This document shows positions 39,812-53,685 of a DNA stretch of 64,000 bases, piece by piece. A program made the position numbers and the translations under genes. The DNA is from Octopus sinensis (lineage: Eukaryota): assembly GCF_006345805.1 (NCBI RefSeq), contig NC_042997.1, positions 104,098,001 to 104,162,000 of the forward strand, given 5' to 3'. Position 1 is the stretch's first letter, and each line of letters begins with the position of its first letter. The notes beneath the pieces are model-generated. The model had not been told where the DNA came from. It saw only the letters and a program-made list of their open reading frames with translations, and searched no databases.

Positions 39812-40966
39812 CCAAGTAAGTGCTCCATCCAAACCACGATTTCCTGTCTAATGGTACATGCTTTGGATTACACCCATTCATTTGGACAATTCTCGTCACA
39901 TTCACTTAGGAGACTTGCATCCTCTAGAGACATGGTGTCCTGTCTTGCCTCTTTAAGTTGACTTCAGTAAGTTAAAGAGAGTATGACCAAAACGGTGTCT
40001 ATCCCCAATCGTGTCCGCTAGACATAGAAAAACGGCCTGCCAATCAAGTCAACAATAATCGAGTACTGAAGTCCAATTGCTGCTAACACCTTCTATGAAT
40101 GCAGAGGCAACAGAGAATCCTGAACCGTGAAAAAATGGTCACCATAAGTCAGGCATGTTTTCCTACGGCTCACCTCTTTGACTGTATTCATTGATCAACT
40201 TAAGGATAATGCTTAACATTTAGAATGTACCCAAGTAAGTGCTCCATCCAAACCACGATTTCCTGTCTAATGGTACATGCTTTGGATTACAACCCATTCA
40301 TTGGACATTCTCGTCACATTCACTTAGGAGACTTGCATCCTCTAGAGACATGGTTGTCCTGTCTTGCCTCTTTAAGTTGACTTCAGTAAGTTAAAGAGAG
40401 TATGACCAAAACGGTGTCTATCCCCAATCGTGTCCGCTAGACATAGAAAAACGGCCTGCCAATCAAGTCAACAATAATCGAGTACTGAAGTCCAATTGCT
40501 GCTAACACCTTCTATGAATGCAGAGGCAACAGAGAATCCTGAACCGTGAAGCACGTTATAACCCAGCAGCAAGAAGAAAATCTCTTGACTCAGAAATTCC
40601 CTTAAGTAATATGTCCAGGTCGTGTATTTCAGGAATTTTTTTCTTGTACTTTGGTTGAAAATCTTTCGGTATAGGCCACCTAATATATTCTCACCGTCGC
40701 TACAGTTTTCCTCCAAATGTAGATAGTTTTCTCTACCAGCTTTCATTATAAGAAAGCTAAAACTGAATTTCATCAGTCTAATAATAGAAGACTATGGGCG
40801 CCTGGGTACATTCTAAATGTTAAGCATTATCCTTAAGTTGATCAATGAATACAGTCAAAGAGGTGAGCCGTAGGAAAACATGCCTGACTTATGGTGACCA
40901 TTTTTTCACGGTTCAGGATTCTCTGTTGCCTCTGCATTCATAGAAGGTGTTAGCAGCAATTGGACT
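39812..40966. repeat. Near-identical tandem duplication (39812-40131 / 40231-40550) plus inverted duplication (40070-40233 / 40803-40966)
   Basis: Aligned by eye. The tandem copies differ only by about 4 single-base indels. Confidence 0.95.
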
Positions 40967-41729
40967 GTCTGGCAAGTGTTACACGTCTCTTAATCACAAG
41001 AATCAAAAGAACAGACTTTCGAATATGGTCAAACGTAAACTAGGTTAAGATGCACTCAGGCATATACGTCGTAATATACGACGAAAGCTTTGTTTGCGTC
41101 CGGCATTTAAGCCCAATCATTCAGAGATATCTCCCCCTCAGCTCGTTTCCGGGTGAAACTAGCCATACTGCCCATCATTTCATCATTATTTGAAATCACT
41201 TCAAGATCTGGATCAAACCAGACCCAAGCAACTATACAGGATGTCGGTCCAGCACCTGACACGCCTCTTTTTACTTAAGATGGCTAAAATAAATCGTTCT
41301 TTCTGACTCAAAATGTGTGCAAAACATGTCTGCTATTTCTGTACTGAAATTGACGATGATAGCGTTGCTACTGCGACTTTTTGTTTCATTTAGATTGTGT
41401 TTCCAGCACTATTTTATTTGTTTATATTAGACAATTGTTAATATGAATGTTTACGCTTGAAGCTCTGTCTGTATATTTGATTTAGTGTCGTTTATTTTTT
41501 CTAATTCTCTTTCTTCGTTTGAATACAATTTAGAGATAAGCTTTTTGAGTTACTGTGACAGCCATTGTGGTTAGAACGAGTCATCATTCAAAGCATCTGT
41601 TTTGCTAAGATATATAAATCTGTTAAAATTTCTAAGATAAAATATTCGAGTAAAATTTTTGTGACCAGTTACTCCATCCTCAGAGTAAGGTAGAACGAAT
41701 ATACATTCCCATAAAAGAATGACGTAGAA

Positions 41730-42090
41730 GCCTGCTGAGTATAACTGAATGTGTTGAGAGTAATAAAGAGAACATGGCCAAGTATATCAGAACATCCAGT
41801 GAGACTGGTAAGTGTAGTCATGCAAGAAGGCTTACTAAGAAACATGGAAACGATAAGTAATGATTTGAAAAATATGTGGAAGGAACAAAAGGTTTCAAGG
41901 AAATATTATAAGGAATACAGAAGAAATATGAATTATTGGTTCATGAAAGTACCACAAAAAGGTTTTTTTGAAGAAAGAAAAAAAGGTTGATATTTGCATC
42001 CCAGGACCAAGCTCTCCGTACAAATTAGGAGAATAAAAATAGCATAAACCAAGATGTATCAAAAACCTGTGAATTAATCTATATGAAGGA
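41730..42090 (+). mobile_element. R4/Dong-clade fragment (post-RT region), decayed
   Basis: LIFASQDQALRTN (consensus-like GLIIAAQDQALRTN), preceded by WKEQK...YW.MK. Confidence 0.6.
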
Positions 42091-42245
42091 CCTCTCTACT
42101 TCTCTTCCATCTCATCAATATCATTTGTGTATGATTTTCCTGGATTGATAACCGTCTACGCCGAATCCCTATGAATTTTACCCTTGAGACTTTTTTGGTT
42201 GGTCTTGCCTTCCTTAACGATATGCTAAAAATGATTTCATGCTCT

Positions 42246-42337
<92 letters not shown>

Positions 42338-42668
42338 TGTATGTATGTATATATGTATGTGTATGTATGTATGTATGTATGTATGTATGTATGTATGTAT
42401 CTATGTATCTATGTATGTATGTATTGTATATCAGATCGTGGGTAAGGCCAAAACAACGCGAAGTAAATGCAAAGTAAATCACAAGATAACAAGTATGTGA
42501 ATTAATACAGACTTATCTTGTATTCAATATTTCGGTGTTATGACTCCATCTTCAAGAGTAAAGTAAAGTTCGTAGCCACTTCAACAGATTTCGAACAGAC
42601 TTTACTGCAATTTCTTAACCTCAGGCGGATATCTCATCTAGCTGTCTAACGATGTACAGCTGGATCCA

Positions 42669-42742
42669 ATATATTGCGAGCAGGGGAGCGAATCCCAACC
42701 ACCTTCTAGGGACAGGACCAGCAGACCATCCGGTTTTCGGGC
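42669..42742. repeat. Interspersed repeat of unknown class (same family as 26491-26564)
   Basis: Shared core sequence. It abuts a (CA)n array. Confidence 0.75.
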
Positions 42743-42748
42743 TATACA

Positions 42749-42804
<56 letters not shown>

Positions 42805-43185
42805 ACATACATATATATATACGCAAACACTCACACAGACATATGTATTTATTTATATATACATATAAGTACACACATTTCCACGCGCACGGGCACACAC
42901 ACACATCCACCTATGTGTGTGTACTAACGAAGGTTAGCAAAATATATCCTTTCTTAGTTGGGGCAAAGCCGTCAAATTTGAGTGAAAGAGGAAGCCGTTT
43001 CCAGCTGGTGCACTTTTTATCAAACCCTAAACGATGTGAATGAAAGTGGACCTCTGTTTCATTAGAACCTAGAAAGTCAGGAGTCCGAAGAAATGTTTTA
43101 CGACGCCCTACCGATTCTACCGGATCATCCCCTCTCATAATTACGATTATCTATATGTGTGTATGTGTGTGTGTGTGTGTGTGTG

Positions 43186-43228
<43 letters not shown>

Positions 43229-43526
43229 TATGTATGTGTGTGTCCGGAAGGCGAGTCGAGAAAGAACCCAAGTCGAGCTGTCTTGATGAAGCAACGGATA
43301 TTGCCAAAATTGACGCGTCAGTATTAAAAATTCCCGATCGGCACTTTTCGGACGATTATGGTCCATGTTAGTTTACATGTTTCAGTCACGTGCGTTAACT
43401 ACAGTATAAGAGCGTTTTAGCTCTTATTTCTAGCTATGTAGGTGTTGTCTAATACCCTAGTCGCATTTAGTGACATTTATAATTCTCCTTTTGGGTGAAG
43501 CAATGCAAACTGCTGTGCATATTAAT

Positions 43527-43651
<125 letters not shown>

Positions 43652-43819
43652 AATGTATATACACACACATGCAGCTGCATACTTGCAAACACATGTAAAC
43701 AAACACGTACACACACACACACACATGAGAGCGCTGTCAAGGAAAATAGGGTTTAAAGAGGAGTTCTGTATATCGACTTTTATGAATTTTTGGTTACATC
43801 TATTTTCTGTCTGTATATT

Positions 43820-45260
43820 GGAGAACCAATCTAGTGGACCGTGGGTGTTACTCCGTAGTTCTAGTTTAACTTTAGTTTTTATCTAAAATTACTTTACTAA
43901 GTCAGATTTGTTAGGCCACATTAATCTAACCTGCGTTTTATTTAGGAAGTTTTCCTTGTGGTCCTTAATTGTTATTCGGGGTGTAATTGGAGTAAATAGC
44001 TCTGTCTTATCTCCTAAATTAAAATCCAAAATTATATTTCTGGTTTCTAGGTTTATCTTCTTTAATGTGCTATTGGGGACTACCTTATACTTTTTTGTGA
44101 TTTCTCTATGGATGAGTTCGTGGTATATGTTGGAGTCGATATTGTAGATGTTTCTAGTTTTGTCTGAATGCGTTAACATTCCATTTTTGGTATCTAGGAT
44201 TCGTGTCAGGTCTTTCAACTTTCTCTAGTACGGGTTGTGTCTGAGGGGGTGGTTCTTGAACTTGACGTTTTTAATGGTACTCCATAGTCCTTGTTCAAAG
44301 TTATCTAGGTGCTTGTTAGTTGTGGTGCTTTTCTGGATTTAAATGTATGCTTGGTAAGTTCCAATATTTCAGTGTTAGAGTTATTGTGACCGTAGCGGGT
44401 GCTTGAGTCCAGATGGGATAGTTTCCTTTCGTGGTGATACAGCTTCCATCGAATTTTATGAATGAATTCCTTTATTCTAAAAATTAGTTCTTTGAGATAT
44501 GAGTCCTTAGGTGGAATCGAGATATCCTTCAGTGATGAGTCCTTCTTTGTCAGCTCCATTTTTCCAGCAGTATTCATCTTGAGGGTCTGTTATACTATAT
44601 CCGTGTGTACTCACGTCCACAACCAGTGTTATAAACAGTGTAGAGACAGTCAAGTAATAAAAAGCCCTCTATCAAGTATTAATTTATTTCCGTGAGAGTT
44701 AGAGCTTGGGAAGCCAACCAACTAAGGGATAGTACCTATCCAATAGACTACTGGTAGTGTATCCAATTATTAATACCCAAGTGCTGGTTATTGCGAGGCA
44801 ATTTTGTAATCGAGTGTCATATACGGGAGGGGGTAAAACGTGGTTTACCCTTAATTTATACCGCAAAAAAGAAAATGGAGGGGATACAAAAATAACATAC
44901 ATCAGCCGGTAGAATTCTATTATGTCTATTTATTCTAAAGCATAAGGAAGTATTATAAGAATACATACACATGCAAAGACTGTGTCTTACACACATGTAC
45001 TAGTAATACATAAAAGAGTAAAAGATCAGTTCCTTACGGCCGTTTCTGCCAAGAGGCCACGATATCATCCATGCTATCTCCATCCCGTCAGTGTTCTGTA
45101 GGGATGGGTAGATAAAGTGTGGATATTGAGTGTGCCTCTAGGCTTCTTCAGAGGGTCTAAATGGTTAGGAGAGCCAATACATACAAGAATCAGTTACCAA
45201 TAGGTATAGTATATTTTTCTTATTGAAGAGGCGTAAGAAGAATAGGAGCAAAGCTTAGTG
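43820..45260 (-). mobile_element. Penelope-like element 5' part (Naiad/Chlamys-like N-terminus and start of RT) with upstream putative pLTR
   Basis: SLKDISIPPKDSYLKELIFRIKEFIHKIRWK, then SDKTRNIY...ITKKYK...RITIKDHKENFLNKTQVRLMWPNKSDL (KDHK..RLINPxKS-like). Hammerhead relics lie at about 45030-45070 and 45130-45155. Confidence 0.8.
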
Positions 45261-45301
45261 TGAGCGGAGTACAACTTAGTATACACACTCACCTATATAT
45301 A

Positions 45302-45391
<90 letters not shown>

Positions 45392-45751
45392 TAAGTTTGT
45401 ATCTCTCAGACTCTAAGTTTGTATAAATATATGTATTATATGTATTTATGACTATATACATGAGTGCGCGTATGGTACATACTTACATAAATACACTCAC
45501 ACACATATATACATAAATAATGCACACATTATATATTAATAAAAATATACAAATGTTTTGAGTTGTTTTCCTGATTGCATCACCAAACTACTCTGTCACC
45601 GTCTCTGTTTCTCTTACTCTGTGTGCGTGTATGTACACACACACACACACAGCCACACGCACACACACGCATAAAGTATATATATATATATATACATATA
45701 TATACATATAAATATATATATATATATATATATTGTACATATATATTTATC

Positions 45752-45784
<33 letters not shown>

Positions 45785-46363
45785 ATATATATATAATATA
45801 TATAAGTATGTAGCCAGCAACTATATGTGTATGCGCATGTGGTTTGGTACCCTCGTCTATGTTTACAAGTAATAATACATTTAACAATTTAATATTAACA
45901 ATATAACAATATTAATCACAATTTCTATTCATCAATTAGAACAATACTGAATGGATTTATTTTCCGTACTCAACGAATCTGAAAACGATTATTAGCCTTT
46001 TCATCTTACACTGATTAAAAAAAGAAAACTATCACTAAAAATATATATTGAATAAATATGTAAGTTGAAACGATAAATTTCTTATTGATTTCTGAACGAG
46101 ATTTTCTAATGATGACCACGTTATTATATTGCGAGTAGTGTCTGAGATATTAATGTTATTCAATAAAGAGTATTATCGCTTACATCCAAATAGTATTAGA
46201 CATTTACTTGTTAACAATACTGTTTTCAATAGAAAATTTTAAAACATACATAACACGTATGCGTACATGCACGCGTAGATAAACACTCACACACCACATA
46301 TGCTTGTATGTATTTATGTATCGCTGCTGTAAGCTTACATTCATAAATACATACATACGTACA

Positions 46364-46435
<72 letters not shown>

Positions 46436-46495
46436 CATATATATATATATATATACATAAATATATATACATATACACACACACACTATATATAC

Positions 46496-46527
<32 letters not shown>

Positions 46528-46557
46528 TATATACTATATACATATATATATATATAG

Positions 46558-46596
<39 letters not shown>

Positions 46597-46636
46597 ATAG
46601 ATATATATGTATATATATGTATATTATATATATATA

Positions 46637-46782
46637 GAATGGTTGATACTGTCAATTAACGTGACAGTAGGGGATTACACTACCGCTGTTTAGCCCTAGG
46701 AAGCATCGACGCTTCCTGTCGGCTTCGACACATTTCCTGTGTCCTTATATATCTACGAAGGGGAGGCAAATACCCCCAACAG

Positions 46783-46783
<1 letters not shown>
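46637..46783. repeat. Short highly structured element between two (TA)n arrays
   Basis: Perfect stems TACTGTCA/TGACAGTA, AGGAAGC/GCTTCCT and GTCG/CGAC, with closing GCTGTT/AACAGC. Confidence 0.6.
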
Positions 46784-46831
<48 letters not shown>

Positions 46832-47474
46832 TACTCACATACACACATACATATATGTATATATACATATACACATCTGTGTGTGTGTGTGTGTGAAAGC
46901 TGTTGCTGTAGAATTTCTAGAAAGCTGTGTAATAAAAATCAAGTGAATGCACCGTAACCAAACGGTTATGAAATTTGCTTTGCAATCACGAGTTCTCAGT
47001 TTCGTTCGCATTGCTTGATATTTTCGGCATTTCCTTTGTGCGGTTGTACTGGTTGGAAACCAAGCCTTGAGAGTGAAAATGGGTTGGCATAAAATACGCC
47101 TAAACCCAGCGAATAGATTCTACCTATATGTTAACATTGTGTTTTCGTTGAGCTAATTCTCAGTCATGTAACTCAACATGTGACTGCTTTAATGCTCCCA
47201 TACTGGGACGCTAATTTAATGTGCAAGTAGTTCAGTTGATCCAGCAACTGAATCTTCAAAGTCGAAACCGACTGAGATCCATATACTTATGCGAGCTTCT
47301 GCGGGTAGTCAGATGGACGTGATTAATGCTGCAAGTCGATGTTTGCAGGAAAATACATAGGCAAGAAAGGGATTCGAGAGAGTGTGTACGTTCTTACAAA
47401 AATGTTGTGCAACTGTTTCCCACCTGACAAATTTTACTCAACTCGAGTGGCGTTGTTAACATGAAGCTATTGAG

Positions 47475-47827
47475 CAGTGTTTCCCAACCTATTTTTCTCC
47501 AGGCCCCACTATAATTTTGCAAAAAAATGTATGCCCTGCAGTGGTTGGAAAAAGGGTATTTTATTTTAAATATTTCCTACTTGGGCATTAGAATAGCACT
47601 ATATTGTAGCAGGCAGTCTTCACACAGTATGCTTAGCTGGAAGGATTCGCTTGGCTAGGCTGTGTATAGGTGTAGTATGTTTGCTGTAGGAAATATATTT
47701 TCACAATTCCATGTCCCACTAAAAAAGGGGAAAACATTTGTATTCCACGTTTCATCAGTTTTCCCAGGCTCCATCAGTTTTCCCAGGCTCCACCGGTGGG
47801 GGGTATGCCCTATGTTAGAAATCACTG
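47475..47827. mobile_element. Non-autonomous hAT-like (Charlie-type) DNA transposon
   Basis: Imperfect TIRs CAGTGTTTCCCAAC / GTTAGAAATCACTG. Putative 8-bp TSD CTATTGAG vs CTATAGAC (6/8 match). Internal 19-bp tandem duplication at 47753-47790. Confidence 0.7.
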
Positions 47828-48634
47828 CTATAGACTATTCTAGCCTCCGGTTGATCACGATCAAACATTTTCTCAGATATTTGACCAAGGTGTCGCACAG
47901 TAGGATCGAATCCAAAACAACAAGATAATTAAAAAGCGAATTTCTTTACCACATAACCACGACTATTTTATAAAGGGCAGTTTTAATGGTTGTAATCATA
48001 TTTGTTCTTGCTATTGATGCGTGTATTATTGTTGTCGATGCATTCAATATTCACGCAGCAGTCTTCAGTTAAAATGAAACTGAAGTTGGCGTTGGTGTTA
48101 TTATTGTTGTTGATGATGATGATTATTAATGGTGACAACGATGACGACGATGAGAACGTCGATTAATAGTGATTGTTGTGATCATGATGTTAGGTTCAGT
48201 TATCTATATATTTCATTGTTCTTCATCTTTGCATACTTTTTCAAAAATTACAGTATATGTTTAGATAAGCATCTACATTTCTTTTACCCTTTACAATGCA
48301 ATCTGCTACATGGTTGTGGAACCGTATTATTTTCTCTCTATGCACATCCCTATTCATATCTCTTTGTTTAATTGGTATTGAAATGTATGCTCCGGTTTAG
48401 AAACTGCCATCAAACGGTAATAATCAGACTCATCTCTAATATTGTTATATGAAATAACAAAATAACTGAAACATCGTATCACATTATCAGATACCAAATG
48501 AAATTTTGTAGTAATTCATCTAACATTCACACAGGAAGTTCAAACCAACAGCAATCGTGTTAAACAACAGTCTTTCACACTAAATTACACATCTCATTCC
48601 CTTTCAGATATTTACCAGCTTCTATCAGTGCGTA

Positions 48635-48668
<34 letters not shown>

Positions 48669-48684
48669 CATACATACGAATGCG

Positions 48685-48756
<72 letters not shown>

Positions 48757-48764
48757 ATATTCTT

Positions 48765-49145
48765 TTATCCTTTTACTTGTTTCAGTCATTTGACTGTGGC
48801 CATGCTGGAACACCGCTTCTCGTCGAACAAATCGACCCCAGGACTTACTCATTCTGAGTCATGTACTTAATCTATCGATCCCTTTTGCCGAACCGCTAAG
48901 TTACGGAGATGTTAACATACCAACATCGGCTGTCAAGCGATGGTGAGGGGACAAACACAGACACACACACAAATAAGCACACACACACGCATGATGGGCT
49001 TTTTTCAGTTTCCGTCTACCAAATCCACTCACAAGTCTTTGGTCGGCCTAAGCTATACTAGAATGCACTTGCATAAGGTGCCACGCAGTGGGTCTGAACC
49101 CGGTACCGTGTGGTTGGGAAGCAAGATTCTTATCCAGCCACGCCT
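48765..49145 (-). mobile_element. SINE family A
   Basis: Tail-to-head homology to the other family A copies. Confidence 0.8.
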
Positions 49146-49464
49146 ATCTGTATGTAATAATCATAAGCTATAAGTTTATAAGCGTTCGCCGTATATCGGT
49201 TATAGAAAATAGTCTAATATTGGGGTATATAAGCCCAGGACGGAAAAAGTGTGTTATTAAGCGTGGTGATCGAACCCACACCTCTTATTTTTCGATACTT
49301 TTGTTGACTGATTATCGGGAAAATAAGAAGTGTGGGTAAGACGGTGAATGCTTTTAATTATTACAGAATTTTCATTCCTCACCGTTTCTTAATTTAACAC
49401 ATTTGTGTGTGTGTGTGTGCATACGTGTGCTGTGAGTGTGTTTGTGTGAGTGTATGTGTGTTTC

Positions 49465-49520
<56 letters not shown>

Positions 49521-50027
49521 TATGGTGTATGTGTGTGTGTTTGTGTGATTCACTGTATGTTTAGTTCTTGCTATTGATATACTTGCATTTGTTTTCGCTC
49601 ATACAACATACACACACACACACAAACACACTTACACACATACACCACACACGGACACATAAACACACAAACACACACACACATACGCCACACACGCACT
49701 CACAAACACACACAAACACAGACACAAACAAGACTTATAGAAAAAACGACCTATAGAAGACTTATAGAAGCTTTTCATAATTTTCCAATTAAACCAATGA
49801 GAGTACTGGATCTCCAGCACTATTTTGAATACCAAGTCTAGTAACTTCTCCACTTCTATTATTTTTTATATTTTTAATTTTTTTGCCAACAGACATAGTT
49901 ACTAAGATGTCGTTTTGATAGCAGTGTTACATGCTCAGATAACTCACGTACTCACGTTAATTGAGGCAAGAATCTCCGGAGCGTGCACTGTCGTGCACAT
50001 TTTTGACAACTACTAGATGTGTTTATA

Positions 50028-50932
50028 TCTATATATATAAAAGTGAAGTTGTGTGAGTGTCTGTCTCCTACGATTTAGATTCCTAACTACTCCCACATTT
50101 TGCGGTGCAGTTTAACCAAATTCGGGTATCTTATAGTCGTGATTCATATCGAACCCGTCTGGGTATTAGCGCGTCTACGATGAGTCTACGATTTTAAAAA
50201 TAATTTAACATCATTTTTTTCCATTTCTTCCAATTTTTTCGTGTGTCGATGGCGGCGGAGTTGGCGTCCATGCTCACACCTGCACCTGTGTAGCTCCTCC
50301 CCTTCTTCCCTCCCTCGTGAAGCTGTGGGGAAGGCAGGGTAGGGAAATCAACGTCGTAAAGCGTTGTCAAGGAGACCAGCGTTCTTTTAGAACAACGACT
50401 TCATGGCTTGAAGTCGCCAAAACAGAAATCGCTAAAAAAACTGAAACAGATCCGCAAAAACGGCAAAAATTGCCACGCAGGGCAGGTTTTCTGTGCAAAC
50501 AATTTGCACAACCGAATGTTTTAGTCGTTGCACAAATCTTTATATATAAAAGTGAATTTATGTGTCTGTCTCCTACAATTTAGATTCCTAACTACTCCCA
50601 CATTTTGCGGTGCAGTTTAACCAAAACCGGGTATCTTATAGTCGTGATTCATATCGAACCCTTCTGGGTATTAGCGTGCGTCTACGATGAGTCTACGATT
50701 AAAAAATAAAATTACCATCATTTTTCCATTTTAATGCATTTTTCGCTATTATATAAGGGAAGTAACTCTCTAAAAATATCTACGATGAGTCAACGATCTA
50801 AAAAAAAAATTACCATAATTTTTTATTCCATTTTTAATGCATCTTTTTGCTATTTTTTTGCTATAACTCACTAAAAATGCTTATATAGTTATTTCCCTTA
50901 CAAACCCGAGCAACGCCGGGCGATACTGCTAG
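50028..50932 (+). mobile_element. Composite non-autonomous canonical Helitron (two 5' modules, one 3' end)
   Basis: A|TC starts at 50028 and 50537 share about 190 bp. The 3' hairpin CCCG-AGCAACGC-CGGG is followed by CTAG|T at 50929-50933. Confidence 0.85.
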
Positions 50933-51282
50933 TCATTTATATTGTATTCTCTTAAGATCATACTACAGAATAGCATTATTGAATTCGGGCTACGGGCTAT
51001 CTTTCTGGATCCGGATGATAAGTTGATAGTACTGTGTGTGAACAGCATTGACTACTGAATAGAGTAGTGACTGTTCGTGATTTAACTGATTCATATTTCG
51101 GATGTCAAATTAGTTTGTTAGAATAGCGTCACTCTTTAACATCAGTATATGATTGAAATCATATTTTAGACGTACAGTGGGATTGTGTGAGGTTTGTCCA
51201 TATAAAGAGGTGAACAGCAATTACCCAAAATCTGCTCAACCGCTTTCAAATATCTGGACTGATACATAAATAAATACACACA

Positions 51283-51328
<46 letters not shown>

Positions 51329-53685
51329 CATATATATATATACATATATATATACATATATATATATATACATACATATATATGCATATGCATATATACG
51401 TATATACGTACATACATATATATATATATTTGCACGCACATACACACATGAAGTGACTGAGATAGAGAGAAGGGTAGAGAGAGAGGGGGTGATGTTTCAA
51501 TGAGTCAACAACACTCTTCTCTTCAGTATGTTGGGTATTTTGTTTCCTTTTTGCCTGCATAATTCAGGAACCTATATACATGAAACCTATATACATGAAA
51601 GCATAAAAATGCCAGTAATGCTTTCTGCGTTTCTATTCATGATCATGTGCTTAGAATGTCTTATTTGATGAAAAATCTCTGTTAACAAACTAAGAAATAA
51701 CTTAGGCAAGTCGTACTGTCATTTAAGAACAAGTTTAAAATGCCTTAAAATCAAAACAAGTGTAATAAAAGACAAATTTCAACCTCAAAATGAAGTGAAA
51801 ATAGAAAATGTCCCATCTTAAATCCCGCTATTAATGCAAATAGATTCCACATCATTTATGCTATCACTACTACTCCAGGAAACTCCAAATAGTATTCAAT
51901 TTTACATTATTTTTATATCTGGTCCCAAAACTGTAAGGCAAAATATAACATAACTATTAAAATACTGGCATTGAGCACTGCGAAATCACTGCTACTTAGA
52001 GTGGCCTTTAAGTACCAAAATTGGTGACTGGCCTGGACAAATCGTCGTCACAATTGCTGTGTACATATACATAGGTTTAAGCATTATTAATCTCAGTACA
52101 CACATAAAATCACACGTTATATGTTGGGGTTTCATATAACTCCACATACAAGCATGAACAGACACTCACACATATGAATTTGAATTACAGGGTCTGAGAA
52201 AAAGGTTTGTACACGCGTGTGTTGATTGTAAAGATGCAATATATCACTTGATGAAATTATGGTTCCCTCAACATTTTTTCTGGCACGTGACCACTACTGC
52301 TGCTGGGTATAAAGTGACAAGAACGGGACAGAAGCTGGTGAGGCAACAAAGACAGAAGAGAAATTTATTAGGCTATATCAATAAGCTGGAAGGAATGGAA
52401 TGAATTCCTCGTTAAAAAGTGATTAAACTTCAATACTTCATTGACTCTAACTGATATAAAATTTCGGAGATTCATTCAATAATGTCAATTTAAGTTTGTG
52501 TAAATCTGGACAATTCTTTCGACAATCTAGCAATAAAACGAGAACAAACCGAATGAAAGAATGAGTTAGAACAAGCACGCACACGTATAAGCAATGACTC
52601 TGACGAATGCATTTACACTTACGTAGCAAATGACAAACATACAGGCACACATAGTCAGACTTGTTCAATTGTGTAGAAACGTCATCCTTTTCGCATAAAG
52701 TTATAAAACAAAATGGAAGTATTTAAAACGAAGGCCAGACAAAAGCGCAGATGACTGAAGAAAAGATATAAAACGAAAAAAAAGCATGAAATATAACTAC
52801 AATGAACACGCGTGCGCACCCACAGAAATACACACACACACACACACTATTGAATGATATACATGAACACATACATTCATCAAGCACGAACTAGCATATA
52901 TACAAATAATCTTTAAGATGTAAAGTACAGAACTCACAAGTGCAGACATATAACAGCATACACACAACTTAAGAATGGAATAAACACGAATACAAAACAC
53001 ATTAAACATGAATACACATTCAGAAACTGAGTCTTAACACGTTCAGAGTCCCAAACCACATACAACAGACACATGCACACACATCACACACATACGCACA
53101 TGGCATTACGCGCATACAGACACACTACACATGCACATATACAAACACTCACACACAACTACACACAAGTGATAGCACTACACTACTTTTAAGGCTTACT
53201 TATATACAAACGTATGCAAACATACGAAACATTAAATATAAGCACCGTTATTTTGATGCAATTTATATAACGACATAATAAACGGAAGAAGATTTAAACT
53301 CATAGACGCTATTTAGCAAACATGAAAGTCCTCAAAATATCGCACATACATACATACGTACATACATATACAAATATATAAATACCAATATATACACAAA
53401 CTGCGTTAAGACATTAATACACGTGAAAATTACAAAGGTTTTAGTACCACAACGGAACACTTGGGAAATAGTTGAACCTAACTGTGCAATGTAGTAAAAC
53501 AATCCGTACTTTTACACTATTATTACGGAGCCCCGCGGTAATTGTTTCAGCTAACAGTACTTGCCCATTGGGAATTTTCAATAACATGACCACAATTTTA
53601 CTGCAATAACTTGCAATAGCCACTTGGCTGTAAAACATTAATGTCAATGGCGAAAGTTGATCAGAGAGAAATAAGTATTTCACAG

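Noticed and set aside
39812-40966. CRISPR array or MITE with 62-bp TIRs
   Set aside because: There is no repeat-spacer periodicity and no cas genes. The inverted b segments have no flanking TSD.
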